64,000 nt of DNA from a virus, in the IMG/VR virus record IMGVR_UViG_3300017987_000071, positions 19,733-83,732 of that record; one strand, given 5' to 3'. Each line of letters opens with the position of its first letter. The stretch's first letter is position 1. The position numbers and the translations under genes were made by a program. Positions 38,347-48,444 of this stretch are shown here, piece after piece. Under the pieces are notes generated by a model, which was not told the DNA's origin, made no database searches, and was given only the letters and a program-made list of their open reading frames with translations.

Positions 38347-39068
38347 ATTGCTAACAACCTATCTGCTCCTACAACCGGAAAGCGATCCAAGGGTATCATA
38401 GTTTTACGTGGCAACGCTTTGCGAATCCGCTTACCAACAACCTTGCCCTTTTGCTGCATACGCCGATAGGCTTGAGTCTTAGTGACATCAATCTCCACTT
38501 CCTTATAAGGGTAATACACCGAAATGCGCATCCCAACCTTAGAATGTACCGACAAAAACTTAACCAAGGCAGCGGCAACCATCCGCACAAACCCTACCGT
38601 ATCATCACACAATTCAGTTGCCATCTTGGGGGTTAACGCAAACGACCGTCGAAGATGAGGAGTAATCACCCAACGATGATACAACCTTACCAACGAATCC
38701 CTAGCAGTATCCCACAAACGAAAGCGAGACGACAACAAGTCTCTGACTCCACCACTCCTAATATACACAACACAACGCACCCCCAAACTCTCTTCAAGAT
38801 GCGCAACTAAAGGATCAGCAACAGCCTTAAGAAACTGAGTACAAAGGCCAGCCAAGTACGGACCTCTACGACCAGGTGGCATAGTACTACCCCACTCCCT
38901 TACAATACCCACCAACTCATCAACATAATTGGGGGGTAACGCAGAAAGGGCGTCCTCTCCATCATCAATCATAACCTCTTTTGCATAAAAGAATCGACGA
39001 CGGCGGACGCCCTCTATACCTTCCTGTAACAACGAACCAAACACTGCAATATCTTCATGCATGGACAT
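38343..39068 (-). CDS. Hypothetical basic protein
   Basis: Triple SD upstream; early LLQE site. Confidence 0.7.
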   Translation of the reverse strand: MSMHEDIAVFGSLLQEGIEGVRRRRFFYAKEVMIDDGEDALSALPPNYVDELVGIVREWGSTMPPGRRGPYLAGLCTQFLKAVADPLVAHLEESLGVRCVVYIRSGGVRDLLSSRFRLWDTARDSLVRLYHRWVITPHLRRSFALTPKMATELCDDTVGFVRMVAAALVKFLSVHSKVGMRISVYYPYKEVEIDVTKTQAYRRMQQKGKVVGKRIRKALPRKTMIPLDRFPVVGADRLLAI

Positions 39069-39097
39069 CTTATTCTCCTTATTCTCCTTATTCTCCT
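39069..39097 (-). repeat. 9-bp tandem repeat x3 (AGGAGAATA on minus strand) forming three tandem SD sites
   Basis: cttattctc x3 immediately upstream of ATG 39068. Confidence 0.9.
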
Positions 39098-39104
39098 AAA
39101 AAAC

Positions 39105-39944
39105 CTACACTGCATAACAATCTTTCTCCGTCAACGGGGGTCGTCCCCGCAACCGTCTAAAATAATTCCTACACTTAATTTCCTCAGCAAAACCCGGCAC
39201 ATCCCGATTAACCTTTGTAGGATGAAATACCCGCAGTCCCTTAGCAAGAAACCGCTGGTACCCCAACGAAGTCCGCCAAGCAAAATACCCCAAGTCTCTA
39301 CATGACTCTATGCCAAACCCAGCACAACGAACTAGCAATGCTAACCAGGGATCATCTGCAAGGTCTATCTTACCTCTAATATCTCTATAAGGATCATCAA
39401 GAAACTTATGCTCACGCAAACCCTGCACGCCTTGCTTTGTTAACCACATAAAGCAACCTAGCACACTTTCGCCAGGTGTATATGTATTTGGCACATCCAA
39501 TATCTTGGTGACTTCCTCACGACTTTTGTAATACCGACTACGCCAGTTTGCTGAGTCACCAACGTAGCCCCCAGCAAGTCCGATATCCGTATCAGCATAA
39601 CGTTCCAAAAGCAAAGTATCTATACCCCTTGCTATAAAATAAGTATCGTAGTCTATTGATACCAACGCATCATAAGTGTATTGCTTATCCACCCACTTTA
39701 TAGTATCTGCCAACAAACCATAAAGGCCGCTGCCCCAACCCCACTGCTGCTGAGAGCAAAAAACTTCCACCTGTGGAAAGCGTTCAAGGGTAGGCAAGCG
39801 AACTGCTGGATTATTGTCTATAGACAAAACGACCAACGGCATGCTTAAGCAGTATGTAAAAACTGTCTCAACGGTATCTAGCACTAGCATCGGCCACTGA
39901 TGACACCGCAAAACTACAACCAACGGAAAATGTTTACGTCCCAC
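39105..39944 (-). CDS. GT-A fold glycosyltransferase-like protein
   Basis: SIDYD (DxD), LGCFMWL, DDPWLALL, FHP. Confidence 0.65.
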   Translation of the reverse strand: MGRKHFPLVVVLRCHQWPMLVLDTVETVFTYCLSMPLVVLSIDNNPAVRLPTLERFPQVEVFCSQQQWGWGSGLYGLLADTIKWVDKQYTYDALVSIDYDTYFIARGIDTLLLERYADTDIGLAGGYVGDSANWRSRYYKSREEVTKILDVPNTYTPGESVLGCFMWLTKQGVQGLREHKFLDDPYRDIRGKIDLADDPWLALLVRCAGFGIESCRDLGYFAWRTSLGYQRFLAKGLRVFHPTKVNRDVPGFAEEIKCRNYFRRLRGRPPLTEKDCYAV

Positions 39945-39958
39945 TATAACGTCTCCCG

Positions 39959-40213
39959 CTATTTATCTAACTTCGCCTCCAGTCGATCCAACCTACGTGT
40001 TAACTCATTCAAGGATGCAAGCATACACCCTAAAGGATCACTAACATCCTCAGACACAGAAGCATCCTTCGTTAATTTCTTCTTAGCCACTAGCAACGGG
40101 CAAATTATACTCCCATTAGTGCGTTTATCCAGCACATACTTCGCAAAACGAAAGGCAGCGGTCACCACTAAAGCAATCAAAGTAACAGTAGTTAACCCGA
40201 CCTGTTGCTCCAT
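39959..40213 (-). CDS. Small single-TM coiled-coil protein (holin-like)
   Basis: N-terminal TM, C-terminal LDRLEAKLDK; AGGAG SD. Confidence 0.55.
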   Translation of the reverse strand: MEQQVGLTTVTLIALVVTAAFRFAKYVLDKRTNGSIICPLLVAKKKLTKDASVSEDVSDPLGCMLASLNELTRRLDRLEAKLDK

Positions 40214-40286
40214 ACTTTCTCCTTTATGTAACGATAAGTAGACTCCATCAAATCAACTAACGAATACACCGCCACAAACAAGGATG

Positions 40287-41276
40287 CTACAGCAAACACG
40301 GCTTCCATAATGACTCCTCGTATAACCAGGTTCTCAATTCCTTATCAAAAACACCAGGTCCCTTAGCAAGCACCCCTATACCAGCATCATGCACCGCCTT
40401 AGCAATCACAATACCTAAAGAAATGCCAAACACCGCCTCCAAAGCTATACCAGTAGCACCCAATAGTGAAGCAATAAATTTCATCATAGCAGGAAACCAC
40501 ATGTATGGACTAATTGGTGTAAAAGGGGGGACCAACATCAACACACCAATTACCATTAACAGTGGACTCTTATGAAACCGTAAAAATAGAAGATTAACTA
40601 CCCGCTTAGCCAAGCCAACTATAAAACGCCAAAGCGCTCGCAATATCCCATAAATTGCAGAGCCAATCTTCCCAATAATTGACCCTTTCACCTTTACCTC
40701 TAATTCCTGCTCAAGACGCTTTTGCTCCTGCTCCAAAGTACGTAATGAATGCTTCACAGCAGCAAGCAACGCCCTAACAATTTCGTCTGGAGAAGCATCA
40801 TTCGGCAAATTCAAACCTTGCTTAAACTCATTAGTAAAGATGAATCTTTGCAAAAACTCAGCAGCGTCTTGCTTAGTACGCAAATCAGGAACACCCATAT
40901 CCTTCAAGGTCTTCTCCACAGCACGCTCGACCTCAACAGCAGCGCCCTCCAAAAGAAGCACTTCCTCAACGAGATTGTTCAACGAATATTCGCCATGCAC
41001 CACAGCATTAACTGCTTCTCGCAAACTCTTCTCGTAACTTGTTTCATATAAAAAATCTGCTTGCATAACCGATTCCTGTAACGAATACCCGTAAAACCTA
41101 CAGCGCTTAGTAAGTTCTGGCAAGGCAGAAGCATCATCAACTTCAACAAAATCCTTGCCTGTGATGGGGTCTGCCCGCAATCGCACAGGCAAACCAGCAA
41201 CTACCGAACTAAGCGAAGCCGTAGGCTCCACAGGTACAACCTGAAGAACCATCCTAGAACCTGCTAGTTTCAGCAA
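40287..41276 (-). CDS. Tagged protein with C-terminal multi-TM region
   Basis: LQE/LYE/LRE sites, AVNAVVHGEYSLNNLVEEVLLLE, Gly-rich hydrophobic C-terminus. Confidence 0.75.
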   Translation of the reverse strand: MLKLAGSRMVLQVVPVEPTASLSSVVAGLPVRLRADPITGKDFVEVDDASALPELTKRCRFYGYSLQESVMQADFLYETSYEKSLREAVNAVVHGEYSLNNLVEEVLLLEGAAVEVERAVEKTLKDMGVPDLRTKQDAAEFLQRFIFTNEFKQGLNLPNDASPDEIVRALLAAVKHSLRTLEQEQKRLEQELEVKVKGSIIGKIGSAIYGILRALWRFIVGLAKRVVNLLFLRFHKSPLLMVIGVLMLVPPFTPISPYMWFPAMMKFIASLLGATGIALEAVFGISLGIVIAKAVHDAGIGVLAKGPGVFDKELRTWLYEESLWKPCLL

Positions 41277-42465
41277 TCAATTGGCGCACAGCAAGAGAAG
41301 GATTAACACCACGCATAACTTTTCTAACAGCACTTTCTACCGCTGTTTTCTTCATATCAGCACCCGCAGGCAACGGTTGCTCACCTTCTACCTCTCTACC
41401 AGCAGAAGTTGACGCAGGATCATCCTTATCAAGAGGATCAGTTGTCTGCTCAGGACCCGGCACTGCGGTAGTAGTTTTAGGGTCAACAGCTTGATTATCC
41501 CCACCACCCTTAGTAGTCAATTCGTCAGCAGTAGGCGCAATAGGTGTCTTAGCACCCTCGTCCTCACCAAGCCAATAACCATCCCAATCATTTAAAGATT
41601 CCATCTCTGGTTCATCCTCCTCATCCTCTTCGGGGGGCAACTCTGGTTCTGGTTCTTCATCAGGTTCCTTATCATCAACTGGGTCTTCCTCTTCCCAAAT
41701 TACAGAATTCAAATAGTCCACATAGGACTCCTTCTTACAATCCTCCCCCTTTACATCCTTCTTACTTGCCTTCTTTTTCTTCTCTTCCTCTGCCTTAGTT
41801 GCCTCTGACTTCACCTCAAAAAGCCCATTGTAAATTGAATGTGACTCCACAGCAGCAATGCCTGGAGTAGTTGACGTTGTAGTAACCACAGAAGGAGTAG
41901 TTATCATTGGCGCTGTAGGCTCCTCATCTGGAACAACAGGCGCATCAACTTCATCACCAACCTTGGAAAGGTCCCCAGGGTGAGTGCTAACTACATTCTG
42001 CTCTGATGTAGGCATTACTACACCGTCAACTACTCCATGCGTATGAGTATAACTCTGTGGACCTGTAGCTGGATCGGTAGTACCATCACCATCCATATCA
42101 AGGTCAACATAATGAGTATGTCCATCAGCAGGATCAGGAGAAGTCACATAACGAGTAGTCACAACGTCAGGCAAAGTCTCTTCAAGTAAATAAGGAGACC
42201 TTGCAAAAAAAGACTCTTTCTTTTGACTGCCATTTACAGCAGCAGCAGTAACAGGAGTAGCGCCAACTTCGGGTGGAGCAGCCCCCTCCTTTTGAACTTG
42301 GTCTGTTGTCAATAGTACGATCTGGTCGTTGAACGGACCACTGCTAACACATTTCACCTTTAACTGGGTAGCCTCAGCGCCCTCTTCTCCTACTTCCACA
42401 ACAGAACCTCTCAACTGCAAACCGTCCTTATTAGTCCACAGTACAGAATCACCAACGTTTATCAT
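41254..42465 (-). CDS. Acidic low-complexity scaffold-like protein with HxH metal motifs and C-terminal tag
   Basis: DGHTH and HTH motifs, D/E/P-rich, C-terminal VESAVRKVMRGVNPSLAVRQLIAE. Confidence 0.75.
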   Translation of the reverse strand: MINVGDSVLWTNKDGLQLRGSVVEVGEEGAEATQLKVKCVSSGPFNDQIVLLTTDQVQKEGAAPPEVGATPVTAAAVNGSQKKESFFARSPYLLEETLPDVVTTRYVTSPDPADGHTHYVDLDMDGDGTTDPATGPQSYTHTHGVVDGVVMPTSEQNVVSTHPGDLSKVGDEVDAPVVPDEEPTAPMITTPSVVTTTSTTPGIAAVESHSIYNGLFEVKSEATKAEEEKKKKASKKDVKGEDCKKESYVDYLNSVIWEEEDPVDDKEPDEEPEPELPPEEDEEDEPEMESLNDWDGYWLGEDEGAKTPIAPTADELTTKGGGDNQAVDPKTTTAVPGPEQTTDPLDKDDPASTSAGREVEGEQPLPAGADMKKTAVESAVRKVMRGVNPSLAVRQLIAETSRF

Positions 42466-42475
42466 TGATAGTCTC

Positions 42476-44533
42476 CTATCTTAAACCAAATCGTGATCTC
42501 AGATGATGCCTTGAAACGACAGGCGCTTGCTTCTTCAAAGTTGCAACCGCAGCCCGCACAGCATCAGGCGCCACCTTCTTAAACATCTTATTGATAAGCG
42601 CATCTCTACGCTTCTTTAAATAATCCTCAAACTCTCTACGCTGCTGGTCTAAAGCAGCAAAACCCAACTGAGCAGGGGGCACACCAAATTCATATTCCCC
42701 CATACTCTTATTTACCATAGCATCAGCCAACTTGCTTGAAACAAGTTCCAAAATAGATGGATACTTACCCATCGTTGTCACACGCGAAACAGTACCCCCG
42801 GAACTAAATGCTTGCTTAAGAAAACCAGCAGCACGCTTATCCTTAACGTTAATCATCTTAATGCGATTAGATGCTATATCCACACCTTGAACTCTCCCAC
42901 GAATCAATTCCCCTTGCATAAACTCTGTCATCTTAAACGGATAAAGCAAAAGATAGTAAACCAACGAATCTATATCCTTCCCTTTAGCTTCATCTGTCAA
43001 CAACCTTGCACCCTTAAGTACTCGAATCACAGAGCGAAACATATTGAATGTTGGATTATTAGCACGACCAACAATATTCTTTAAATCCCCACCCTTCATT
43101 CTCTTAATTATCTTATCAACCTTATTCTTGTCCACTGCTTGTGCTAATCCCAACTGCCCACGAAGAACAATAGACCTATTAAACGCATTACCTTTAGTCT
43201 GAACATGATACAATTTAGCATCCGCTGCGGAGGGGTCCCCAGATAAATACCAGTCTATTGCACTAGGATAAATAGTTGGTCGCAATCTAGGTTGGTCAGA
43301 ATAGGCTAACTCTGCTTTAATCTCCCCTAAAAGCTTCTCCTCCCCAGACCAATCCTGCTCCACGACCTCCACAAATAAAAAATGCCCAACCGCTTCATCC
43401 ACTTCCTGTTTCAACAAAGGATGTGTAGCCAAATGACCTGATATCTTCTTCTTCAACACATAAGCAACCTGATCCTTATTCTTTAGCAGAATTGCATTAC
43501 CCCGCACAGCAGCATCTCGCCTATCCTTTACAACTTCAGCAGAATGCTTACTAAAGTCAGCACCAGCAACATCACGCAACCTATCCTCAACCTCACGATA
43601 TTGTGGACTACCAGGGGTTGTCCGCCGCATAAAATCCTTCAACTCCCCAATTTTTTGTTTACGCTCCTTTGCTTGACGCTTAGCTACCTTTGACACTTGC
43701 TTCTTACCACCTGAAGTCGTTGGGTCAATCTCAGCAGAGCGTAATAACTGTACATCACTATCATGACTCAAGTTAACCTTAGTGCATAATACATCGGACT
43801 GATAACCATAAGTGTTCACCAAATGAACTCTTAAGTCATCTACCGTTTTCAGTGTCTCACCTTTTCCAAAAATCGTATGAATCACGATATCATCCATTTG
43901 ACTAAATACTGTTTTAAAAGATGGAGAGCCACACAGATCGCCAAAGCCAATCTGCCAAGGGTCTTTTGGCAACTTCTGTTTAAGCAAAGTTACCAACATA
44001 CGAGCTTCATCGTCTTCCTGATCTGGCAAATCAACTAACCTACTACGAGCAAGTCTAATCTGCTCTTCCAATTGAGAGTTTAAACTCTCAATTACCAGCA
44101 GAGTCTCCTCCCCATTCTTAAACAACTCATGATAAAAACTCCGCAGATTTGCTAACTTTCCCCTATCATACTCTTTGACAAAAAACCCACCAACACCGAG
44201 CAAACGACGAGCTTTCCCGCCTATAACATCCCCTTTATCTTGGTTATCAAAAACATCCTTAGCCAAACCAATATCAAACATCTCCTTCACAGACTCATGG
44301 TCGCCAATAGCAAAAAAGAATTGCTCAGACTGTATATAAATAGCAACGATTGGAATCTGTATAGTATCAGACGGCAAATTACGACGAGCAAAATCCCCAA
44401 AGCCATACTTAGAGCCAGTAAAGTCATCCAGTTGCATCTTATACTGAAAAACAGCCACAACGCCCTCAGCGCCATAACTAACTTCAACCTCTTCCGTCAA
44501 TCTCTGCATCATCATCATCATCGCACTCCCCAC
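42476..44533 (-). CDS. Large hypothetical protein (likely start at the (ATG)5 run, 44521)
   Basis: 685-aa ORF; GGGAG SD; early RLTEE site. Confidence 0.8.
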   Translation of the reverse strand: MGSAMMMMMQRLTEEVEVSYGAEGVVAVFQYKMQLDDFTGSKYGFGDFARRNLPSDTIQIPIVAIYIQSEQFFFAIGDHESVKEMFDIGLAKDVFDNQDKGDVIGGKARRLLGVGGFFVKEYDRGKLANLRSFYHELFKNGEETLLVIESLNSQLEEQIRLARSRLVDLPDQEDDEARMLVTLLKQKLPKDPWQIGFGDLCGSPSFKTVFSQMDDIVIHTIFGKGETLKTVDDLRVHLVNTYGYQSDVLCTKVNLSHDSDVQLLRSAEIDPTTSGGKKQVSKVAKRQAKERKQKIGELKDFMRRTTPGSPQYREVEDRLRDVAGADFSKHSAEVVKDRRDAAVRGNAILLKNKDQVAYVLKKKISGHLATHPLLKQEVDEAVGHFLFVEVVEQDWSGEEKLLGEIKAELAYSDQPRLRPTIYPSAIDWYLSGDPSAADAKLYHVQTKGNAFNRSIVLRGQLGLAQAVDKNKVDKIIKRMKGGDLKNIVGRANNPTFNMFRSVIRVLKGARLLTDEAKGKDIDSLVYYLLLYPFKMTEFMQGELIRGRVQGVDIASNRIKMINVKDKRAAGFLKQAFSSGGTVSRVTTMGKYPSILELVSSKLADAMVNKSMGEYEFGVPPAQLGFAALDQQRREFEDYLKKRRDALINKMFKKVAPDAVRAAVATLKKQAPVVSRHHLRSRFGLR

Positions 44534-45219
44534 AAACTCCCGTCTAAGAAGTGCACAAGCAACCCGTTGAACATACTGAGCACCAAGCGGGAAGACATCT
44601 CCGTACTATCTGCTAAAAGCTCAACTGTTTGCTTTATCAAAAGTCCCACCTTCTCAGCAAACTGAGCATCCGACACACTAATTCGCAATACCAAATCACG
44701 AGCAGCGTCTGCTACCTTATCACCAGCCCCCTGGAGCGACCACTCCCACAGCCAACCAGCAATCTCTGGTTTGGCTGCCAAGGAAGGGTCAAACACAGAA
44801 GCAAACCTACGCTTTAACTCTTCCAAATCCTCCTTGGATACCGATTGGCGCTTAAAACTCTCAAGCACACCAACCAACACCCACTTTAGCAAAACAACAA
44901 CACCCTTATAAGTGTTTTCAGCACCCAACGGAGCCAATGCTTTAAGTACAGCATGGGCCAAATCCGTAGATGCTATGGTAGGCTTCACCTCCACGGCTTC
45001 ACGCACCCCACGATTAGAACTTCGAGTCAAACTTCGTTGAACTTTAGCACGCATGCTTTTAGCCCCAATCGACTTGCGTATTCGTCCCTTCAATTGCGGT
45101 TTAACAGGACGTTGCTTTGTACGCTTCTCCCGCTCCTTCTCCCTCTTCTTTTTGATCTCCGAGTACTGCGGGAGACGAACACCCGGGGAACTAATTGCTT
45201 TCAAGGGTTTTGGCATCAA
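44518..45219 (-). CDS. Hypothetical protein with basic N-terminus
   Basis: K/R-rich first 70 aa; GGAG SD. Confidence 0.7.
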   Translation of the reverse strand: MMPKPLKAISSPGVRLPQYSEIKKKREKEREKRTKQRPVKPQLKGRIRKSIGAKSMRAKVQRSLTRSSNRGVREAVEVKPTIASTDLAHAVLKALAPLGAENTYKGVVVLLKWVLVGVLESFKRQSVSKEDLEELKRRFASVFDPSLAAKPEIAGWLWEWSLQGAGDKVADAARDLVLRISVSDAQFAEKVGLLIKQTVELLADSTEMSSRLVLSMFNGLLVHFLDGSLWGVR

Positions 45220-46211
45220 TATGCTCCTAAATCTGCCAGCGACATAGAACCACCAGCATCTAGTAAATTCGCTGCAATATCTACCTCAAAATCGGACTCG
45301 TGTATCTCAAGTCTATAAATAACCCCTTGAGGCGTAAGATACTTCTGTGGTATAACGTCAAAATGAAAATACCCGTCGTCGTTAGTAAGCACCACTGCTT
45401 TCCTTCCCGTAATGATTATACCACCTGTTGTATAAGCCTCATCGGGATATTCCACCCACAACCTAACCTGAATGCCAGCACGAGGCTCAACGCCTAAAGC
45501 GTCTGACACATAACCATAAACTCTTGTTGTACCTGGGGGCACTGGCATATCTCCACCTCCTGGCGTACCGTAAAGTTCCACTCTCATAGCGGTATAACTC
45601 ACCGCCACCGAGTAGGGATTTGTATAGACATCTGTACTCCCTACACGATTAAGATACACCTTATATGTTCCTGGTGCAAGATTAAAAATGGCTTCACCCA
45701 AAATATTTGTAGTTTGGTAGGCAACCAACGCATCCAGCGAATTACGTACAACCACTGTAACATTAGGCACAACAATGCCACCTGTAGTCTTTACGACTAT
45801 AGTAACCTGAGTTATGCCATCGCCCGTCAGCAAGGTTGCTATTGTCTCAGCCAACCGTCCATTGAGTACACCAATCTGATTCACATAACGTCCTTTCGGG
45901 GATACACTCAACGCTTCCGCAGCAAGCAAATAATCACCATTGGGGAATTTATCAAGATCAAGAGGAACGGTATCACCACTTAGCACAATACCATAATACC
46001 CATCAAGATTTGCAGCATCTAGTTTGCTAAGCGATATGCGAGGAGAGTTTGCAGAAGCATAAGCTTTAAATGTATCATCACCACTACCACCGTACCTACT
46101 GCTAAAATCAAAGTAGGTACCATCAAGCAACGCCAACACAGCAAAATCCACCGAGGTAGTCAATGGACTTCCTAACGGATTAAATACAGGCACGCTTATA
46201 GGTAATAGCAT
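45216..46211 (-). CDS. Virion structural protein with prealbumin/carboxypeptidase-regulatory-like domains
   Basis: TTNILGEAIFNLAPGTYKV and TNDDGYFHFDV beta-sandwich motifs. Confidence 0.7.
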   Translation of the reverse strand: MLLPISVPVFNPLGSPLTTSVDFAVLALLDGTYFDFSSRYGGSGDDTFKAYASANSPRISLSKLDAANLDGYYGIVLSGDTVPLDLDKFPNGDYLLAAEALSVSPKGRYVNQIGVLNGRLAETIATLLTGDGITQVTIVVKTTGGIVVPNVTVVVRNSLDALVAYQTTNILGEAIFNLAPGTYKVYLNRVGSTDVYTNPYSVAVSYTAMRVELYGTPGGGDMPVPPGTTRVYGYVSDALGVEPRAGIQVRLWVEYPDEAYTTGGIIITGRKAVVLTNDDGYFHFDVIPQKYLTPQGVIYRLEIHESDFEVDIAANLLDAGGSMSLADLGAY

Positions 46212-46215
46212 AATC

Positions 46216-46917
46216 TCATCCTGCTAAACTAAACTCAAACCCACAAACCCCAGCACTAGCAACACCACCACTAACAACCTTATACTCAACCTTCCCATCT
46301 GTCACATGTGCTATCGCATACTCCTTATGCCCACAATAATGCACAGGGATAATCTCCCCATCATCCTCAGACTCATACGGACGAAAATAAACCGGAGCAG
46401 TCCCCATATTACACAAGCAATAACAACCATATTTAGCATCACTTGGTATCCTATGAGACACATCAATAGAAGTCCAATTCAGCACAGTACCATTACCAAG
46501 AACTTGGTTATGTGTTGCCATATCACACCGATACTTAAGAGTCCTAGCATCCATCTTCCCCGTCACAGCAAAATCTAGTATCTGCTGGGAATTCACGGTC
46601 CTAAAATAACCTATAAAACGCTTCTTAGTATATCCTTCCGGCAATGTAGGAGAGTCTTTACTCACAGATAACAACCCACCCATATGCTCAGTAGTAGGAT
46701 TTACAATAACAAAAACATTCATGAAGCAATTACTACCCAACCCACCAGTATCCATACCATTCACCCCCACAGTTGTGGGGTCAATAAGCAAATCTACCTG
46801 AGAGTTAATCGTTACAGGTTCTTCGCCGTTATCATCAGCACAGTACCCTAAAAGCACTCGGATTTTACCATCCACATACTCGTACTCATACCCCCGAAAC
46901 TCATATGGAATAACCAC
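46216..46917 (-). CDS. Tail/fibre-associated structural protein
   Basis: GVNGMDTG...PTLPEGYTKKRFIG..RT motif seen in phage fibre proteins. Confidence 0.65.
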   Translation of the reverse strand: MVIPYEFRGYEYEYVDGKIRVLLGYCADDNGEEPVTINSQVDLLIDPTTVGVNGMDTGGLGSNCFMNVFVIVNPTTEHMGGLLSVSKDSPTLPEGYTKKRFIGYFRTVNSQQILDFAVTGKMDARTLKYRCDMATHNQVLGNGTVLNWTSIDVSHRIPSDAKYGCYCLCNMGTAPVYFRPYESEDDGEIIPVHYCGHKEYAIAHVTDGKVEYKVVSGGVASAGVCGFEFSLAG

Positions 46918-47156
46918 TAAGCATCCTCCTGAATCAGTTTAAGAAGACCACCCTGGAAGTCAACCTCCCACGGCTTATTGCCTAACTTCACTCCAAGTTC
47001 GCTCTCGAAGTCTTTAACCCACAAGGCACGAAGCAAATTCGCCTCCTGCTTTGCAGCATGATAATTATCCTCTGCCAACCGTTGGCGCAAAACAATATTC
47101 TCCATCTGAAGCAATAATTTAGGAGATAACTTAAACTCATTACGTTCATCACTCAT
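46917..47156 (-). CDS. Small coiled-coil protein (possible fibre chaperone)
   Basis: Position after fibre gene; helical. Confidence 0.55.
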   Translation of the reverse strand: MSDERNEFKLSPKLLLQMENIVLRQRLAEDNYHAAKQEANLLRALWVKDFESELGVKLGNKPWEVDFQGGLLKLIQEDA

Positions 47157-48442
47157 GACTGACTCCCAACTACAACACCATCAGTATCCGACGTTGGTGC
47201 ACTACTTTTAATACGCAAGTCACCGGTAGAATCAACCCAAATATGATAACTACCCAAGGTCAAACAAGCGTCATCAGTTACAGCATCAACACGCTTTACA
47301 GAAAACTTAGAAGAGCCTTCATGCTGTACACGAAAACTCTCCTTTCCGTCAACCTGATTGCTATCTGTATCAACATCAACCGTACCCCCACGAACATTAA
47401 TATCAATATCCGTCGTAGTATACGCATTCTCAATATCACCCAAATAAATATCTGCCACCGCACCACCCGGCTCTCCCAATTGAAAGCCATTAGAAGGCGT
47501 TATCTTAGCCGGACTTCCACTACCCAAAATATTAATAGACCCAACCTTCACATCGTCAAAATACCCATAGCGCCAACGTATACTTGAAGTTCCTAAATCA
47601 TAAGCAGAATCAAGCAAGGGATGCGTATGCTGAAAATATGAAATACCTTCATGGCGAACACTACCAACAACACGCAACATCTCAGAACCAGAAAATACAA
47701 CAGCACCCAATACCAAATTTCCCGTATTCTGCCACAAACCTAAATCAACCCTAAAGGCAGCATCAGTGCCATAAGCATAAGCACCAATGCGAGTACCACC
47801 TGAGCCATCTGACTTAAAGTAACCCCCGTAGTGGTTTTTGCTCGCAGTATTTGCTTCAGAGTGTCCATACACACCGTATGACTCTCTACAAATAACAAAG
47901 CTTGGCACATGCCCACATACACCATGCAAAAAAGAACCTTGGCAAGCACCCCTTGATCCCAATGTACCATACACCCCATAAACATATGAATACATAGATG
48001 AATCATAGTTTGCATCATTCGTGTATGCTGTAAAGTATCCTGAATACAGTTTAATACCGCCTCCAGCGCTAGTATTATTTGTATTATTGATAAGCGAATA
48101 TATACCATACGCCGAGGAATAGTTATTAAAAAAACCGGAACTATTGTTCGTAACATCCAAATTGATCCCACGGCAAGAGCGAGGCATAACCATCGAATTA
48201 TTCGCTAATGAGACATCAATACCGCGAGGTTGCCCAAACGAGCTATATGTATGTGATATCGACATAGCATACGCTACAGTAGACGCACCCACACAAGTCA
48301 CACGACCAACAACACGCAAGGTATCCTGTGTACCTATAGTAGTCGCCCCAACAACAGCATAATCCGCTGTCAGCACCTCACCATTTTGCAACTCATCGTA
48401 AGAGCCATCACTTGCGATAACTAACGGTCTAAAATATGCCAT
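47153..48442 (-). CDS. Fibre/spike-like protein (beta-helix-like G/Y/S/N repeats)
   Basis: YGVYG repeats, YDLGTSSIRWR motif, C-terminal HIWVDSTGDLRIKSSAPTSDTDG. Confidence 0.75.
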   Translation of the reverse strand: MAYFRPLVIASDGSYDELQNGEVLTADYAVVGATTIGTQDTLRVVGRVTCVGASTVAYAMSISHTYSSFGQPRGIDVSLANNSMVMPRSCRGINLDVTNNSSGFFNNYSSAYGIYSLINNTNNTSAGGGIKLYSGYFTAYTNDANYDSSMYSYVYGVYGTLGSRGACQGSFLHGVCGHVPSFVICRESYGVYGHSEANTASKNHYGGYFKSDGSGGTRIGAYAYGTDAAFRVDLGLWQNTGNLVLGAVVFSGSEMLRVVGSVRHEGISYFQHTHPLLDSAYDLGTSSIRWRYGYFDDVKVGSINILGSGSPAKITPSNGFQLGEPGGAVADIYLGDIENAYTTTDIDINVRGGTVDVDTDSNQVDGKESFRVQHEGSSKFSVKRVDAVTDDACLTLGSYHIWVDSTGDLRIKSSAPTSDTDGVVVGSQS

Positions 48443-48444
48443 GC

